64,000 nucleotides of DNA from Yuukianura sp. NJ FZ-2021. Taxonomy: Eukaryota. The translations under genes were made by a program, and so were the position numbers. The notes under the pieces are model-generated. The model was not told where the DNA came from. It worked only from the letters and a program-made list of their open reading frames with translations, and searched no databases. Below, piece by piece: positions 26,180 to 40,257 of the stretch (its first letter is position 1; the number at the start of each line of letters is the position of its first letter). The stretch is taken from the NCBI GenBank assembly GCA_046563655.1, contig CM102289.1, positions 6,324,001 through 6,388,000 of the forward strand. Reading direction: 5' to 3'.

Positions 26180-28829
26180 ATGGAAAATCATCTCGGACTT
26201 TTGGACTTTGGTTTGGTTGTGGCTACGTTAGCTTTTACAGCATTAATTGGAGTTTTCTTTGGTCGAAAAAATAAAACAAATGAAGACTTGTTGCTTGGTG
26301 GCCGAAAAATGAATCGTTGGCCAGTGGCTCTATCAATGATGGCATCCTATGTAAGTTGAAGTAGTTGAAAAACATAGAAACATTTCCAATATTTAATTTT
26401 TCATTAACTTTTCTCAGATATCGGCGGTAACTGTAATAGGTAACGAAAAAAAATATTGAAGGAAGTATCGTAAGCAGAATCATTTTATTTTTAGAGAAAA
26501 TAAAATTCAACTAAATTTTTTTCAGGATTTCCAGCCGAAATTTTTGGTTACGGAATTGAAATATTCAACATGGACTTTGCGTATATAATTTGCTTTCCAA
26601 TCAGCGTAGCACTTTTTGTACCGTTTTTGTATTCTTTGAGGCTCACTTCTATTTTCCAAGTAACATTCATTTATATTTCTTTAAAAAATATTATAATCAA
26701 AATAGACAAAAGAACATGCGATTTTTGACTTTTTTTCAGTATTTGGAATTACGTTATGGTTGTAAAACGCTGCGAAAATTGGTAAGTAGTGTCTATATCT
26801 TCGAACAACTTGCACTGGCTGGAGTTATTCTCTACGGACCATCTCTAGTACTTGACACATTCCTTGGCATCCCTACTTGGATGTCAATCTTTGGAATTGG
26901 AATACTCTGCACTTTGTATACATGCGTGGTACAGTTCACTATTTAAAATACATTGTTTGCAGATTTCAAAATTTAGAACAATAATTGATACTGTTCATCA
27001 GGGTGGAATTCATGCAGTCGTTTGGACAGATGCACTTCAAGCCATCATAATGTTTATGGGCAAGGACTTAAAATATTTCCATTTCGTGATTTCAGAAATT
27101 GTTAAATCCGTTTTGTTCTAAATTTTAAACAGGAATGTTAGCCATCATGACAACGGCATTTCTAGAAGCTGGTGGAATTTCAAAATCCTTTACGATTGCT
27201 GAACAAAATGGACGTCTCAATTTGTTCAAGTAAACATACTTTTTGAAGTATTTCTGTTAATATCCAAAAGATGCAAACATTTTCTGCTCACAGGATGAAT
27301 TTTGACATCTTCCAACGCCATAACTTTTTTAACTTTTACTTGGGATCATCTTTCATGCTACTCTTTCGAAGCTCAATTCATCAGCAACAAGTTCAACGAT
27401 TTTCAAGTCAGCCAACACTCAAAGATGCAAAAACGTAAATATTTTTACAATTATTCAAAAAAAATTGTACTAAGCAGAAAATAATTTATATACAAATATC
27501 TTTTATTTCATACTTTTGACAAAATAGAACCATGAATCTCAGCATTCCAGTCACGTTTTCCGTAAAACTAGTGAGTGTACTTACTGGAATTGCCATTTTC
27601 GCACTCTACTATGACTGTGACCCAGTTAAACTTGGCAAAATTAAAAAGATTGATCACTTGATTCCAAATTTTGTCGTTACGGAAATGACTCACATTCCGG
27701 GTATCCTAGGACTTTTTGTTGCTTGTATCTTCAGCGGCGTCCTTAGGTACAAAACTTAACTTACCACTTAAATAACCAAATTCAAGCAGTTTTTTCTAAC
27801 ATTCTAAAGTTCAATTTCATCCACAATCAATTCCTTGACGGCTGTGACTTGGGAGGACTTTCTGAGTGACATGCGAATTTTTGCGGATAAGGATTCAAAG
27901 GGACAAGCCAATGTCTGCAGAATAACTGGGCTTGTCTATGGCCTCCTAAGCGTCTTATTGTGAGCATTGTTTTAACTTACTTTCCATTAAGTATTAAATT
28001 AGTTAACTAAATTTTATTTTAACATTTCCAGGGCCTTCAGTGCTCAGTACATGGGTTCTGTATATTCTGCAAGTTATCAAGTGGTGGGAGCATCAAACGG
28101 GGTTGTTACGGGAGTATTTATATGTGGATTTTTTATGCGTTTTGTCAATGCAACTGTAAGTACAGTTATATTTTGGTAATCTAAACTGCATTAGAATCTA
28201 CCAAACTTGAAAGTTAAATACTTAAACCACTTTTTTAAATTTCAGGGAGCTAAAATTGGTTCTATTGTGGCATTTACTACGATGCTGACGATTGGAATAA
28301 GAAGCTTATTCTCTGATATTCTAAAGGAACCAACTCTTCCTACAAGCATTTCAGGCTGCACGTCTGAACAACTCGCCATGGTTACCAATATTACAGCAAC
28401 GCTAACTGCTGTACCTACATATGTTTCACCGTAATGATTTACTGAATTATAGCGTTGTGAAAGATCGATGAAAAATTTTTATGAAAAATCTATAATTTTT
28501 AAAATTTTAGAGAATGGCCAGAGAAGATTTTCGCCATTTCCTATTTGATGTATCCCTTGATCGGCGCCATCATCACAATCTTAGTTGCCGTTTCTGTAAG
28601 CTACTGCTCTGGAGGTAACACGCACTGCTGGCAGATACAAAGTTAACATCATGACAAAGTTTCCAACAAATGCAACAAAAGTTCAGAAAATTTCTTGTTT
28701 TTAAATATAGGATTCCAAAACTCTAGTCTTGTTCCAGAAGAATATCTGCACCCACTTATGAGGAACAAAAAACCGGACAAAAGTACAAGTATATTAGAGA
28801 TCAACACACGTCTGGAAACACGTATGTAG
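26180..28829 (+). CDS. SLC5/SSS sodium:solute symporter (SMCT/SMVT/NIS-like), paralogue 1, multi-exon
   Basis: Motifs MENHLGLLDF...LLLGGRKM..WPVALSMMASY, YLELRY, LYTCVGGIHAVVWTDALQ, YYDCDP, PGILGLFVACIFSG and YLHP. Ends ETRM*. Confidence 0.92.
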
Positions 28830-29517
28830 TATTAAGTCGTTTTATATTTATTTTAATGCATTTCCAACAAAATAAAAAGTGACAAACAATTGTTAAAGTT
28901 TGGAAATAAATTTTTAAATGTAATATTAATTTTCAAAGACTCATGTAAGGTAATTAGCTAAACCTTAAATAAATTCAGTAGTTGAAAAAATGTAACATGC
29001 GCTATATTTCATGCAATGAATAGAACATGGAGCTTGATATTCTTCTGACCTTCGTCAGTCGTACGTTTCCAAATCAGTTGCAATTGATTCAAGGTTTCTA
29101 GCGTAAAAAGAAGAATTTTCATGTTTCATTTGTGCAATTCATAAAGTGAACTCAATTATAAATTCAGATTTAAGTGAGTTTAATCAGAGCTGTCAGTCAA
29201 GTTCACATGCTTGATTGTCTCTGCCATATAATGACTGAATCGTCCAGCACATACGGTTCAAGAAGTTGTCATGCAGCTTAGGACTAAATGTACGCAGAAG
29301 TGTGAGAACAAATTCGAACCTATCAACGTCCACAATTTTATGAAACACTTCGTCAGAAAAATTTAACACTTTTATATTTAGCTGGAGTACAACATTTTAC
29401 CAGTCAGCTTTTTCCTTTCCAACTTCAACAAAAAATTTACTCGTATCTTACAATATCTGACAGCGTAACAAAAGCTGTGTGATAAATAAGAGTAATTTAA
29501 AAAACGTTTTTCTAAAA

Positions 29518-32500
29518 ATGGAGAATCATCTTGGATTTTTGGACTATGCATGTGTTGTGGCAACTCTCGCTGGCACAGCGCTGATTGGGATTTACTTTGG
29601 GAGAAAAAATAAAACAAATGACGATTTAATGCTTGGAGGAAGGAAAATTAATCATTGGCCTGTATCTCTGTCAGTGATGGCATCCTATGTGAGTTTCAAA
29701 ATTTTAAAACGAGACTTATGACAAGAAATTTGAAATAAAATAGCAAATTCTCTTTTAGATTTCGGCGGTCACCATTATAGGTAAAAACCAAATTTAAAAA
29801 AAAAAGTATTGCCGGGAACACTATTGTTGTTTGAATTTTCAAAACTAAGAATTTCTTTAACCTTAATCCAGGATTTCCTGCAGAGGTTTATGGCTACGGA
29901 ATTGAAATTTTCAATATGGCGGTTGTGGGTATAATCATGTTCCCAATAAGCATGGCCGTTTTTGTCCCATTCCTCTACCCAATGAAACTAACTTCACTGT
30001 TTCAAGTAAGGTGTCCTAACATATTTTTAGAATTTATGCCTTCCACGTCAATACGTTTGAAATTATTTTGAAACAAATTTGTATCAGTATCTGGAGCTAC
30101 GTTTTCACGATAAAACTCTACGAAAATTGGTGTGTGGGATTTATATTTTTGAACAACTTGCGCTTACTGGAGTTATTCTGTACGGCCCATCTCTCGTCCT
30201 GGATACTTTTCTAGGAATTCCTACGTGGATGTCAATTTTTGGAATTGGAATACTTTGCGCTTTGTACACATGCGTGGTAAAGCCATTTGAAGTTTAGAAA
30301 TTATTTGAAAAGTCTGAAATTAAAATTCAGTTACTTTTGGGCTTTGGTTACAAAATGTTACTTTGTAAACAGGGTGGAATTCGAGCAGTAGTCTGGACAG
30401 ACGCGCTCCAAGCCATCATAATGTTCCTAGGTAAGAAGTTTGAATCTCGTAAGTTAGAAATATTATAATATTATATTTTTACTTTGAACTTTATACAGGA
30501 ATGGTGGCTGTAATGGCCAAGGCTTTTATGAATTCAGGGGGAATTTCAAACTCTTTTAGCATTGCCGAAGAGAGTGGAAGGCTTAACCTTTTCAAGTAAG
30601 CGAAGATAATTTGTGTCGAACTTTTTGTGAAAATCGCTTATTCAGTAGCAAATGTAGCTAGGTACTTTATGTGTTTGCTCGTGTACGTCTGTCTGCCCAT
30701 CTGCCTGTCTACTTTTTAGTCACAATAACACCAGAAGTTTTGGTTGGATTTTGATTCTGTTTTAACAAATCAATTTGAAATGCTCGGAATAAGTTGGTTT
30801 CCAGTTTCACCGGAAGTGACTAAATTGCAGGGTCAAAAGCAAGGTCAAATATTTATTTAACGATAATCGAAGAAATGCCCTTTACAATAGTTGTTCGTTA
30901 TACTGAGCCAAGCAACTTTTTTGTGTAGTTGACCTTGACCTTTGACCTACTGTTTTGTAGTTATGCGTGTAACCTAACAAGCGTTCAATTTTATTTCGCT
31001 GCTTTCCATCCTACATTTACAACGTTTATTTTAAAGTGAGACTACGATATTTTTCAACAGGATGAACTTCGACATCTTTCAGCGTCATAATTTTTTTAAT
31101 TTCTACCTGGGGTTCGCATTCAGTTCTTTCTTCCGAAGTTCAGTTCATCAGCAACAACTTCAACGTTATTCGAGTCAACCGACATTGAAAGACGCAAAAA
31201 AGTTTGTAACCTTGCACCACAAAAATTTTCCTTTTGTACTACATTTTTAAATACCAACTAATTTTCATGTTTTGTGTACGCAATGATGGTAACAGAGTCA
31301 TGCTTCTCAGCATCCCTGCAACTTTTGCCGTGAAAGTTGTGACCGTTTTAACTGGAATTGCTGTTGTTGGTCTCTACTACAACTGCGACCCTCTTAAACT
31401 CGGAAGCATTAAAAAAATGGATCACATTATTCCATACTTTGTTGTTACGGAAATGAGTTACATTCCAGGTATTCTTGGGCTCTTTGTTGCATGTATCTTC
31501 AGTGGTGTGCTCAGGTATTACTAAATCATAACAATTGGCATTAACAGAAAATAATTTTAGACATTTTTTTTTGTAAAGTTCGATTTCGTCGAATCTAAAC
31601 TCTATGACGGCTGTGACCTGGGAAGACTTTTTGAGTGACATTCCAATGTTTGCAAAATTGGGCTCGATGGGCCAAGCAAACGTGTCTCGAGTCACTGGAC
31701 TTGTGTATGGGTTGATCATCATCATCCTGTAAGAACTGCTTTTACATTTGTTTGAAAAGTTCTAGTGAGCTAAATATAACTTTTATACGTCGGTTTCAGT
31801 GCCTTCAGCGCTCAATACATGGGGTCAGTTTATACTGCCAGTTATCAAGTGACTGGAGCTTCAACCGGAGTGGTTGCGGGTGTGTTCCTCGTTGGATTTT
31901 TTATACGCTACGTAAATGCAACTGTAAGATGTATTTTGGTTTTACAAAGTAGGGACAACAAAAATATTTACGCAGAATTGTTTGCGACTTATGTTTGGAC
32001 TCAAAACTGTAAAGGGCAGAAATACTTTTCAAATGTTGCAAATTTTAGGGAGCAAAAGCCGGTGCTACCGTTGCCTACATTGGAATTATGGCTATCGGCG
32101 TGCGGAATATTTTTTCACAAATGCTAAAAGAACCCACTTTGCCTACAAGCATTGACGGCTGCACTTCTGAGCAACTTGCAACTTTTAATTCAACTAGCAT
32201 AACGCCAAAGTCTATATATGTTCCACCGTAAGCGTTTCAAAAAAAAAACTATACCTCATTCACAGTTTTTTCTGAGGTAATTTTTTTATGTCCAGGGAAT
32301 GGCCTGAGAAAATTTTCGCAATTTCGTACTTGATGTATCCTTTAGTTGGAGCGATCGTCACAATTCTCGTTTCTATTTCCGTGAGCTACTGTACCGGAGG
32401 TAACAATTCGTTTCTTTAATAATACCATTTAATAATTTAATAGTACCATTGCTTGGAAAATATTTTTGAAAATAGTTTTTCATTGTTTCTAAACACAGGA

Positions 32501-32623
32501 TTCCAAAACGCACAACTTGTTCCGGAAGAATACTTGCATCCATGTGTACGAAGCGAAATAAAACAGAGTGCAAACAATGGTAGCTTGAATCAAGTCAAAA
32601 CGATCCGTGAAACTAGCGCGTAA
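29518..32623 (+). CDS. SLC5/SSS sodium:solute symporter, paralogue 2
   Basis: Same exon order and motifs as paralogue 1 (YLELRF, GGIRAVVWTD, YYNCDP, GLFVACIFSG). Ends ETSA*. Confidence 0.92.
30640..30960. mobile_element. Probable degenerate non-autonomous repeat in an SLC5 paralogue 2 intron, with a related copy at about 34700-35100 in paralogue 3
   Basis: This intron is about 460-560 nt in paralogues 2 and 3 against about 65-70 nt in paralogues 1 and 4. It contains a GTCT/GTCC microsatellite and GGTCAA...TTGACCTTGACCTTTGACC inverted motifs. Boundaries are approximate. Confidence 0.4.
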
Positions 32624-33566
32624 ATTTTTTAGGTTAGGTGCGATGGTCTAATTGTGTTTGGTGAATTATTTCGGAACGAACTTTGATTTTAATCGGAACA
32701 TGTTTTAATAAAATATCTAATCCCCCTCCCAAAAAAAAAAACATTCCTTTAATGTTTTGCAAGGACTTCGATATAAACAAGGTAGAGGCAGGGTAATGCT
32801 CAAGTTTTGAACAGACATTGGTGTTCTGCAGGGAGTTGACAATTTATGCGACTTTCTACATAATTTGTTTTTACATAGCAATAAAGCGAATCACTTAAGA
32901 GGGAGAAGAAAAAATCCACATTCATTTGAGAATAGTAAACAAATGTCATTTGAATTCAGCGTAAGGCGTAAATTAGAAAAATGACATAGAATTCCAGTAG
33001 TAAGTTAATTAGTTAATCGAGAATTTAGACAATAGCCTTGTGCAGTTTAGCTTCTAAGCGTTACTTAACAAAACCCTATTTAGGTCGGTAGGTATTTTTT
33101 TTGTACCCCTAACATAGGAATATTTCACCACAAAACCGTTCATAACCCGGATATGATGTGGCTTTGATTTGCGTAAATACAACAACTCTTGCGTCTGAAA
33201 CATTGTTCTTTGAGGTCAGACGAGTTTAATTGCGGCTACAATTTTTGTGTACTTAATCTTCTTAAACCGCGAAATTAAATTGCAGGTAACCTGGAAATTG
33301 AAATCATGCGGAAAAGAATCGGTTGAGGTTTTGTTATAATCATGCAACAGTCGTGTGTAACCATTATTCAACAGAAGTAAATTTTAAAACTGTGGTGTAG
33401 AACTCTTCTATATTTTAATGCTAATCCAAATACTAAAACCGCGCAGTCAATTGTTTAAGTTCACACAATAAATTTTCAAGAAACTGATTTTTCATTCTTA
33501 AAGCAATTTTTAGTGTGCAAAAATTTTCCTGTATCCTAAATACTAATTTGAAAACGTTTTTAAAAA

Positions 33567-36500
33567 ATGGAAAATCATTTGGGAGTTTTGGACTATGTAT
33601 CTGTGGTGGCAACCCTCGTAGGGACGGCGCTGATTGGGGTTTACTTTGGAGGAAAAAATAAAACAAATGACGATTTAATGCTTGGAGGAAGAAAAATCAA
33701 TCATTGGCCTGTAGCTTTATCTGTGATGGCATCTTATGTGAGTTTCAAATTTTTAAAACAAAAAATTATAGCTGAAATCTTTAAATGGCAACTTCTTTTT
33801 TAGGTTTCAGCAGTAACTATTATAGGTAAACCAAATTAAAAAAAAAAGCATCGCCCTGAGCATTATTGTGGTTTGAATTTTCTAAACTAATCGTAAGAAC
33901 TTCTTTTACCTTTATGCAGGATTTCCTGCAGAGGTTTATGGCTACGGAATTGAAATTTTCAATTTGGCGCTTGTGAATATAATTATGTTTCCAATAAGCA
34001 TGGCCATCTTTGTGCCATTCCTTTACCCAATGCAAATAACTTCGCTGTTTCAAGTAAGGCCACAGAATTTTTTTTTCCACATTTAAACCTTACACAATGG
34101 AAATTTTGTAAAAACGATTCTGTCTCAGTATTTGGACCTACGCTTTCACGACATAACTCTACGGAAATTGGTGTGTGGGATTTATATTTTTGAACAACTT
34201 GCACTTACCGGAGTGATACTTTACGGCCCATCTCTCGTCCTGGATACTTTTCTAGGAATTCCTACATGGATGTCAATTTTTGGAATTGGAACACTTTGTA
34301 CTTTGTACACATGCGTGGTAAAGCTATTTGAAGTCTAAACATTCCTTAAAAACGATCAAATTGAATTTTTTTACCATTGGAGTTTGTTTACAAAACATTA
34401 CTTTGTAAACAGGGTGGAATTCGAGCAGTAGTTTGGACAGACGCGCTCCAAGCCATCATAATGTTCCTAGGTAAGAAGATTGAATTTAGTAGTTTAGGAA
34501 TATACAATATTAAATTTGTTTTTACTCTGAACTTTACACAGGAATGGTGGCTGTAATGGCCAAGGCTTTTATGAATTCAGGGGGAATTTCAAGCGCTTTT
34601 AGGATCGCGGAAGAGAGTGGAAGACTTCACCTTTTCAAGTTAGCAAAAAAAAACTAATCGTAAACTGTTTCTGAAGATCGTGTATTAAGTAGTGAATGTA
34701 GTTCGATACTTTATGCTTTTGTCTGTCCGTCCGTCCGCCTGTGTGTCTACTAGTCACAATTAACTCAAGAATCTCTGGACGGGTTTTGGATATGTTTTGA
34801 CTTTTTTTTTTTGCAAAGTTTCGCATCTGTTTTGCGTTGAAAACTTAAACAGAACCTCTTGTGGAATGTGTTTTCAACATTTTTGTTTAACGGTTTTGCG
34901 GGCGGTTGGAAATGTCTACAAGTCAAATCAATTGTCAAGCTTTCCAAGGCTGCTGGTGCTCAATCCTTGCGCATTGCTCTGACCTTGTTTTGACACGGTA
35001 ATCTAAGAAATGACCTCCACAAGAGTTGCTAGGCTGTGATCATTACACTGAGCCAAACAACTTTTGTGTTGAGCTTTACCGTTGGCTTACCGCTTTGAAC
35101 ATGAATCTACCAAACCTTTCTGTCCACAAGTCCACATCGCTACTTCTATACAGCGTTTACAACGGTTTATTTTAAATTGAAGCCATAAATTTTGTCAACA
35201 GGATGAACTTTGACATCTTTCAGCGTCATAATTTTTTTAATTTCTACGTGGGATTCGCATTCATTGCTTTCTTCCGAAATGCAGTTCATCAACAGCAACT
35301 TCAACGTTACTCAAGTCAGCCAACATTGAAAGACGCAAAAAAGTTTGTAACTTTACGCCAGAAATTTTTATTTTGATATTAAATTTTAAATAAGTTCAGC
35401 AACTAATTCTCATTTTTTGGGTACGCAATGCCCGAAACAGAGTCATGCTTCTAAGCATCCCTGCAAGTTTTGCCGTGAACGTTGTCAGTGTTCTAACTGG
35501 AATTGCTATTGTTGGTCTCTACTACATCTGCGACCCTCTTAAACTCGGAAAAATTAAAAAAATGGATCACTTGATTCCATATTTTGTTGTTACTGAAATG
35601 GGTTCCATTCCGGGTGTCCTTGGACTCTTTGTTGCATGCGTCTTCAGTGGTGTGCTCAGGTATTACTAAAACAAAACTGTAACATTAACAGAAACAAACA
35701 ATTTAAAACATGTTTTTTTTCTGAAAAGTTCGATTTCGTCGAACCTTAACTCCATGACGGCAGTAACCTGGGAGGACTTTTTAAGTGACATCCCAATTTT
35801 TTCAAAATTGGGTTGGATGGGCCAAGCAAACGTGTCCCGAGTCACTGGGCTTGTGTATGGGTTGGCCATCATCATCCTGTAAGTACTATGCTTGTACACA
35901 AGTTCAATAAGTTCTGATTTAACTTAAATGCAAAACGTTTATGTCGGTTTCAGTGCTTTTAGTGCTCAATACATGGGGCCAGTTTTTACTGCGACTTATC
36001 AAGTGGCTGGTGCATCAAGCGGAGTCATTGCTGGTGTGTTCCTGGGCGGATTTTTTATACGCTACATAAATGCAACTGTAAGATGTATTTTGGTTTTAAA
36101 AACGTTTACAAAAACCATATTCAAACTGAACTACAGAAATATTTTAACTCATAATTTAATTCTGGGTTAAAACATATATCTACCGAAATACTTTTGACAT
36201 GTTGCAACTTTCAGGGAGCAAAAGCCGGTGCTATCGTTTCATACATTGCAATAATGACAATCGGGATCCGAAACATTTTTTCACAAATGCTAAAAGAACC
36301 CACTTTGCCTACAAGCATTGACGGTTGCACTTCCGATCAACTTGCAACTTTTAATTCAACAACCATAACACCAAAGTCTATATATGTTCCACCGTAAGCG
36401 TTTCAAAAAACCTATTCCTCGATCACGGTTTTGTTTCTGAAGTAATGTTTTTCTATGTTTAGGGAATGGCCTGAGAAAATTTTCGCAATTTCGTACTTGA

Positions 36501-36774
36501 TGTATCCTTTAATTGGAGCTGTCGTCACACTTCTAGTTTCCATTTGCGTGAGTAGCTGTACCGGAGGTAACAATTCGTCTTTTTTAATAATACAGTACCA
36601 TCGATATGGAAATATTTTTACAAAATATTATTTAATTGCTTCTACACAGGATTCCAAAAAGCACAACTTGTTCCGGAAAAATACTTGCATCCTTTGGTAC
36701 GAAGAGGCACAAAGCAGAGTACAGGCAACGGCTGTTTGAATCAAGTCGAGACGATTCGAGAAACTAGTACGTAA
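33567..36774 (+). CDS. SLC5/SSS sodium:solute symporter, paralogue 3 (closest to paralogue 2)
   Basis: Exons are near-identical to paralogue 2 and introns are alignable. Ends ETST*. Confidence 0.92.
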
Positions 36775-37597
36775 ATAATTTTTAATGTTGTGATGTTGTA
36801 ATTGTGATTAAATTAATTATTTGGAATCAACGTTTGATTTCAATTAGAAAAATCTTTTAATAAATCAACTAATTTAAAAAAAGAAACATTCTTTGCAAAG
36901 ACTTCAATGCAAAATGTTTTCAAATTAAAAGTTGTAGCGACGATTTATTTTATATAATGCAAGGTCAGCCGTTTTGAGGGAGAAGCAAAATTTTGAAAAT
37001 GGTAAACAAAAGTCGTAAGAATTCATCGTAAGATCAAGAATGGAGGGACGACATACTTACAATTCAAGTAGTAAGCAAATTAGTTAATCAAATTAAGAAA
37101 GCTAAGCGAATTAAAATTTAGAGCATAGTAGTGCGCAGTATAACATTTACCCATTGCTTGAACAAAACTCTAATTATGTCTGTAAAATAATTGGGTTGTT
37201 ACATGGGACATAGGAATATTTCAATAGAAAACCGTCCTTAACTGGGATATTTTGTGAGGGTGACTTTTGATTTACGTCAATACAAAGAACTCGTGCTTCT
37301 GAAACGTTGCTCTTTGAGGTCACACGAGTTTAATTGCGGTTACAATTTCTGTCGAACTTAATCTTCATTAAACCGCAAATATTTAATTGTAGGTAACTTG
37401 CAAATTTAAATCAAGCGAAAAAAAAACATTTCAGTTAAGGTTTTGCGAGAAACATGCAACACTCGTGCGTAATAATTACTCAATAGGTTTAAAGAGCTTT
37501 TTTGAAAACAGGGTAATTTTTTTAGTGTGACAAAATTTACCGGTGTGCTTCAACTAATTTACATTACAGCGCATAGAAATACATACGTTTGTATAAA

Positions 37598-40257
37598 ATG
37601 GAAAATTATCTTGGATTTTTGGACTACGTATCAATTGTGGTGACACTTCTTGGCACAGCGTTGATTGGAATATACTTTGGTGTAAAAAATAAAACAAACG
37701 ACGATCTACTGCTTGGCGGAAGAAAAGTTAATCCTTGGGCCGTAGCGCTATCTGTCATGGCGTCTCATGTGAGTTTCCAAATTAAAAAATATTTAATTTG
37801 ATTACTTTTTTTTTAATTTCTAACAATTTGTAGATTTCGGCAGTAACAATCATAGGTAAGACTGTTACAAACACCAATTTCAAACTAATGGCTTAAAATT
37901 GCAATTTTTACAAAATTCGCTCAGGATTTCCTGCAGAAGTTTTCGGCTATGGAATTGAAATTTTCAACATGGCCATTGCAACAGTGATTGTGTTTCCAAT
38001 AAGTGTGGCCATGTTTGTTCCATTTCTTTATCCAATGAAACTCACGTCAATTTTTAAAGTAAGTAGTAAAGTAAAGAGTCGTTTCAGTACCAAACAGAAT
38101 TCAAGAAGATAACTTTTGTACACTTTTTTGGCAGTATTTAGAGCTTCGTTTCCACGATAGAACACTACGAAAATTGGTGTGTGGAATTTATATTTTTGAA
38201 CAAACTGCAGTAGCTGGAGTGGTGCTTTACGGGCCGTCACTGGTTCTGGACACATTTCTAGGCATCCCCACGTGGATGTCAATATTTGGTGTTGGAATAC
38301 TTTGCACCTTGTACACATGCGTGGTAAAGGTTTTTTTTAAATGTTTCTTCCACTCAGATTTTAAAAGTGTAGCTGCAAGTTGTTCAATTTCTAAACAGGG
38401 TGGAATTCAAGCTGTGGTATGGACAGATGCACTTCAAGCCGTCATAATGGTTTTAGGTAAAGAAAAAAAGAAAAATGTATCAAAATTTGTAAAACTGCTG
38501 ATTTTTGAATTGTGTACCCGAAAAATTTTATCTAAATTATCCAGGAATGGTAGTAATCCTGACTAAGGCTTTCATAAATTCAGACGGCATTTCCAGAGCT
38601 TTCGAAATTGCTGAAGATAATGGAAGACTCAAATTGTTCAAGTAGGTGAACTGCTTAAAAAAGTTGTTTAGAACTTGATGAATTCTTGAGACTTAAAATT
38701 GCGCTTCTGACAGAATGAATTTTGACATTTTCCAACGCCATAACTTTTTCAACTTCTACTTGGGCTATGGTTTCCTGACACTATTTCGAAGTTCAATTCA
38801 TCAACAACAAGTTCAACGGTATTCAACTCAACCCACTCTAAAAGATGCAAAGAAGTATGTAGTAACTCATAGATAAATTTTTCAGAAATTCTATATTTAT
38901 TATAACTACTAGTACTATATTTTATATGAATTATAATATGCCTTTATGCTATCCATCAAAATAGAACAATGAATCTGAGCGTCCCTGCAACCTTTGCCGT
39001 CAAAATTGTCAACGTTCTGACCGGAATCGCTATTTTTGCAGTGTACTACAACTGTGACCCCATCAAGCTCGGAAAAATTAAAAAGTTGGACCACGTAATG
39101 CCGTATTTTGTTGTTTCTGAGATGGGCCAAATACCGGGTATTCTTGGACTTTTCGTCGCCTGTATCTTCAGCGGTGTGCTCAGGTAGAAAACGTAACCCA
39201 CACACACAGAAAACGCAGCATAACTTTACACTTTGTTTTATAACTTTTAAAGTTCATTCTCATCTATCATCAATTCCTTAACGGCTGTGACCTGGGAGGA
39301 CTATTTGAGCGACATTCCAATTTTTGGAAAGATGTATGGGCGTGGTCAGGCCAATGTCTCTAGGGTGACTGGACTACTTTATGGCGTCGTGAGCGTCGCA
39401 GTGTAAGCAGAGCTTTGACTTTAAGCTAATCTCAGGTACGTTAACTCAATTACATTCACAATGTGTTGATTCCAGTGCCTTTAGTGTTCAGCACATGGGC
39501 TCCGTCTATTCTGGAGCGTTCCAAATCGTTGGAGCTTCAAATGGTGTTGTTGTGGGAGTATTCATCAGTGCATTTTTTATACGTTACATCAATGCAACCG
39601 TGAGTCGCCGCTGAATGTGAAACTGTGTGTTAATTAACCACGACATCTACTCATTTCAGGGAGCTAAATTTGGAGCAATCGTGGCATTTCCAACAATGCT
39701 TATAATTGGGTTGAGAAATTTATTCTCAGAAGTACTAAAGGAACCAATTCTTCCCACCAGTACATCAGGTTGTACTTTTGAGCAACTTACAAGTTCAACA
39801 AATTTAACAACGACCCTACCGTTGTCTAAATATGTCGCACCGTAAGTACTGCTGAAAACAAAACCGAATCAAATTCAAATTATGTCAATTTAAGGTAAAC
39901 TTTTTAGCCAAAAAGGCTCACAGACAATTTAAAATTTTAGGGAGTGGCCTCAGAAGATTTTCGTAATTTCGTATTTGATGTATCCCGTAGTTGGAGCCAT
40001 TATTACACTTTTAGTTGCTACTTGTGTGAGCTACTGTACCGGAGGTAAAAATTCAACGTCGATTTTAGTTACACTATGTGCAAAAAGTGTTTCAAATGTG
40101 TTCTTAACAACAGTTTTTAAAAACAGGGTTCCAAAATTTACAACTTATTCCAGAGGAATACCTGCATCCATTTGTGAGAAGAAACACAAAAGGGAATGTA
40201 CAATGCGGAAGTGAGATTGTGAGACAAACTGAAACAATTCAGGAAACTGAAACATGA
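37598..40257 (+). CDS. SLC5/SSS sodium:solute symporter, paralogue 4
   Basis: Same motifs and exon structure as the other three. Ends ETET*. Confidence 0.92.
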
